Below, in pieces: positions 62,468 to 64,000 of a DNA stretch of 64,000 bases. The position numbers were made by a program, and so were the translations under genes. Source of the stretch: Calditrichia bacterium (GTDB lineage: Bacteria; Calditrichota; Calditrichia; JAJRVZ01); contig CAWCNS010000009.1 of assembly GCA_963796965.1 (NCBI GenBank), positions 352,001-416,000 of the forward strand. Direction: 5' to 3'. Numbering within the stretch: position 1 is the first letter of the stretch; every line of letters starts with the position of its first letter. The notes beneath the pieces were generated by a model that did no database searches, had not been told where the DNA came from, and was given only the letters and a program-made list of their open reading frames with translations.

Positions 62468-62641
62468 TTTTACTAAAAGGCAGATTTCATCAAATTCCAC
62501 AGATGCAAAATTTGTCGTGTGAGCTTGATCACTGATTGATAAGACAATTTTGTTTAATTTTGTATATATTTATTTGCATTTAATTAGAAATATGTAATAC
62601 CTTGGGGCTAATTGAATATTTATATCAGGGGAGAGATAAAA

Positions 62642-63328
62642 ATGAAAAAATATATTTTGTTTGCTATACTTATACTTAATCTGGCTGTTTTCTCGGTTCT
62701 ATTTTCTGAACCTTCTTTTAATGGAAGTACAGCAGGATGTGCCGGCGGCAATTGTCATAGTTTTAAGGCAGGTATTGTTTCGGCAATAACACAATCTAAC
62801 CTGCAGGTAGAGGTTACTGTGTCAGGTGTGTCTCCGGGTAAGAAGGTCGGAGGTGAATTGGTCGATGGGGGCGGAACTGTAGTAGATGTGATTCAAAACA
62901 CTTCAAGTAATCCCTTTATTTTAACTGCACCTTCAGCTGGAAATTATCGAATAAATGCAGGCTATAAGGAGCCAGATAAAGATTGGGATAGTGTTTCAGT
63001 TGCTCTTGGGGTTACCGACATTTCAGATCTGGGCAGAAATTTGATTCCAGAAAAAATAGCCTTACTCGGTAATCATCCAAATCCCTTCAACCATGAGACG
63101 ATAATTAAATTTTCACTGCCTCAGCAGAATGATGTAAAATTAATGATTTTTGATATTAATGGTAAACTCGTTCGCAATCTGAGTGAGAACACCTATAACG
63201 CCGGGATTCATAATGTTCGCTGGGATGGTCGTGGCAATTCCGGTAAGGTGGTTGCCTCCGGTATATATATTGTGAGGATGAATAGCGGGAACAGACAATT
63301 CAGCCACAGAATCCTTCTATCCAAATAG
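62642..63328 (+). CDS. Small secreted protein with CxxxxCH motif and C-terminal T9SS type A/FlgD-like tail
   Basis: Signal peptide from ATG 62642; GCAGGNCH; NHPNPFN.ETIIKFSLP...WDG....VASGIY. Confidence 0.8.
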   Translation: MKKYILFAILILNLAVFSVLFSEPSFNGSTAGCAGGNCHSFKAGIVSAITQSNLQVEVTVSGVSPGKKVGGELVDGGGTVVDVIQNTSSNPFILTAPSAGNYRINAGYKEPDKDWDSVSVALGVTDISDLGRNLIPEKIALLGNHPNPFNHETIIKFSLPQQNDVKLMIFDINGKLVRNLSENTYNAGIHNVRWDGRGNSGKVVASGIYIVRMNSGNRQFSHRILLSK

Positions 63329-63348
63329 GTTTAGATTACCCTTTACTT

Positions 63349-63514
63349 TAACCGCAAGGACGCTAAGGAGACGCAAAGTACGCAAGGATTTTTATACCTT
63401 TTTGAATCATGAATTATTTAATCTCTTGTGCCGAATGGATATCGACACCTTAATCGGAATATGTTTTTTATAATTCATTGCGCTCTTTGCGCATCCCTTG
63501 CGTCTTTGCGGTTA
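63349..63514. repeat. Inverted pair of CGCAAAG-type tandem repeats; related arms at 914-933, 18202-18221, 22720-22740 and 24150-24272
   Basis: taaccgcaaggacgctaaggagacgcaaagtacgcaa ... ttgcgctctttgcgcatcccttgcgtctttgcggtta. Confidence 0.7.
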
Positions 63515-63590
63515 GTTTGTAATCGTGGGAAAAGCAATAGTAAAATGATTTATTGCATAATGATGTGATTATTGAAATGTATATCGGATA

Positions 63591-64000
63591 CTATTCCGGT
63601 AACATTTGCTTTTTCAATGCTTCGAAATGGTCGTTAACAGCAACCTCTTTGGTCAAATCCCAGATGGAAGTATTCATCTCCCGCAAGGCCAGGATTGACG
63701 TAATCCACCCTTGAGTCCAACCGCTTTCGATGCACCAGGCACCCCAACCATGATCGGCGTTGCAGCCCCAGTGCTCATATCGGCCAAAATCAAAAGCGCG
63801 AAACCAACCCCCATGTAATTGTTTATGCGCTTCAGAATAAACTTGAATACGGCATAAAAATTCTGCCAACTTGTCTACAGCTTCCTCAATCTTGGGATCT
63901 CCGGTTGCATAGGCCGCTTCGTGAAGACCCAGAAAGGCAAAATTTGTTGTGTAAAGAAGATCGCTGACTAAATCCCCATTTTTTCCGATCAAAGATGCTT
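63591..64000 (-). CDS. C-terminal part of a hypothetical protein, possibly an (alpha/alpha) glycosidase-like fold; 5' end outside window
   Basis: Open frame to the window edge; DLLYTTNFA.LGLHEAA.ATGD, GGWFRAFD, GWGAWCIESGWT. Confidence 0.55.
   Translation of the reverse strand, partial: ASLIGKNGDLVSDLLYTTNFAFLGLHEAAYATGDPKIEEAVDKLAEFLCRIQVYSEAHKQLHGGWFRAFDFGRYEHWGCNADHGWGAWCIESGWTQGWITSILALREMNTSIWDLTKEVAVNDHFEALKKQMLPE

Overview
AT-rich bacterial genomic window, probably from an FCB-group-related lineage such as Calditrichota, Ignavibacteria or KSB1. This is inferred from two proteins ending in an 'NYPNPFN'-type secretion-system (T9SS-CTD/FlgD-like) tail. I saw no rRNA, tRNA, CRISPR array, transposase or reverse transcriptase. 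About eleven genes are split by single-base frameshifts, most likely long-read assembly indels. Main blocks: (1) 1-5154, a TPR protein, a repetitive secreted surface protein and a sigma-70 factor. (2) 5492-23234, the most striking region: four paralogous secreted TPR + TolB-like beta-propeller proteins, each directly downstream of its own signalling unit (one ECF sigma/anti-sigma pair, two TPR-sensor kinase/OmpR pairs, one truncated OmpR remnant). The units carry module-specific direct-repeat boxes, and one paralog looks like a recombinant chimera. (3) 27063-36240, an operon with an OM barrel, an ICMT/PEMT-like methyltransferase, a LolCDE/LolA-like transporter, an RPH/PigC-like dikinase and a divergent PlsY, a candidate lipid uptake/modification system. 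(4) A 411-bp MITE with an 8-bp target-site duplication, plus many REP-like palindromes. (5) 39090-57458, a minus-strand glycan-utilisation cluster (GH38, GH106, sugar porter, unclassified hydrolases). (6) 57616-64000, a subclass B1 metallo-beta-lactamase and assorted accessory genes. All calls come from motif reading by eye; no database searches were run.
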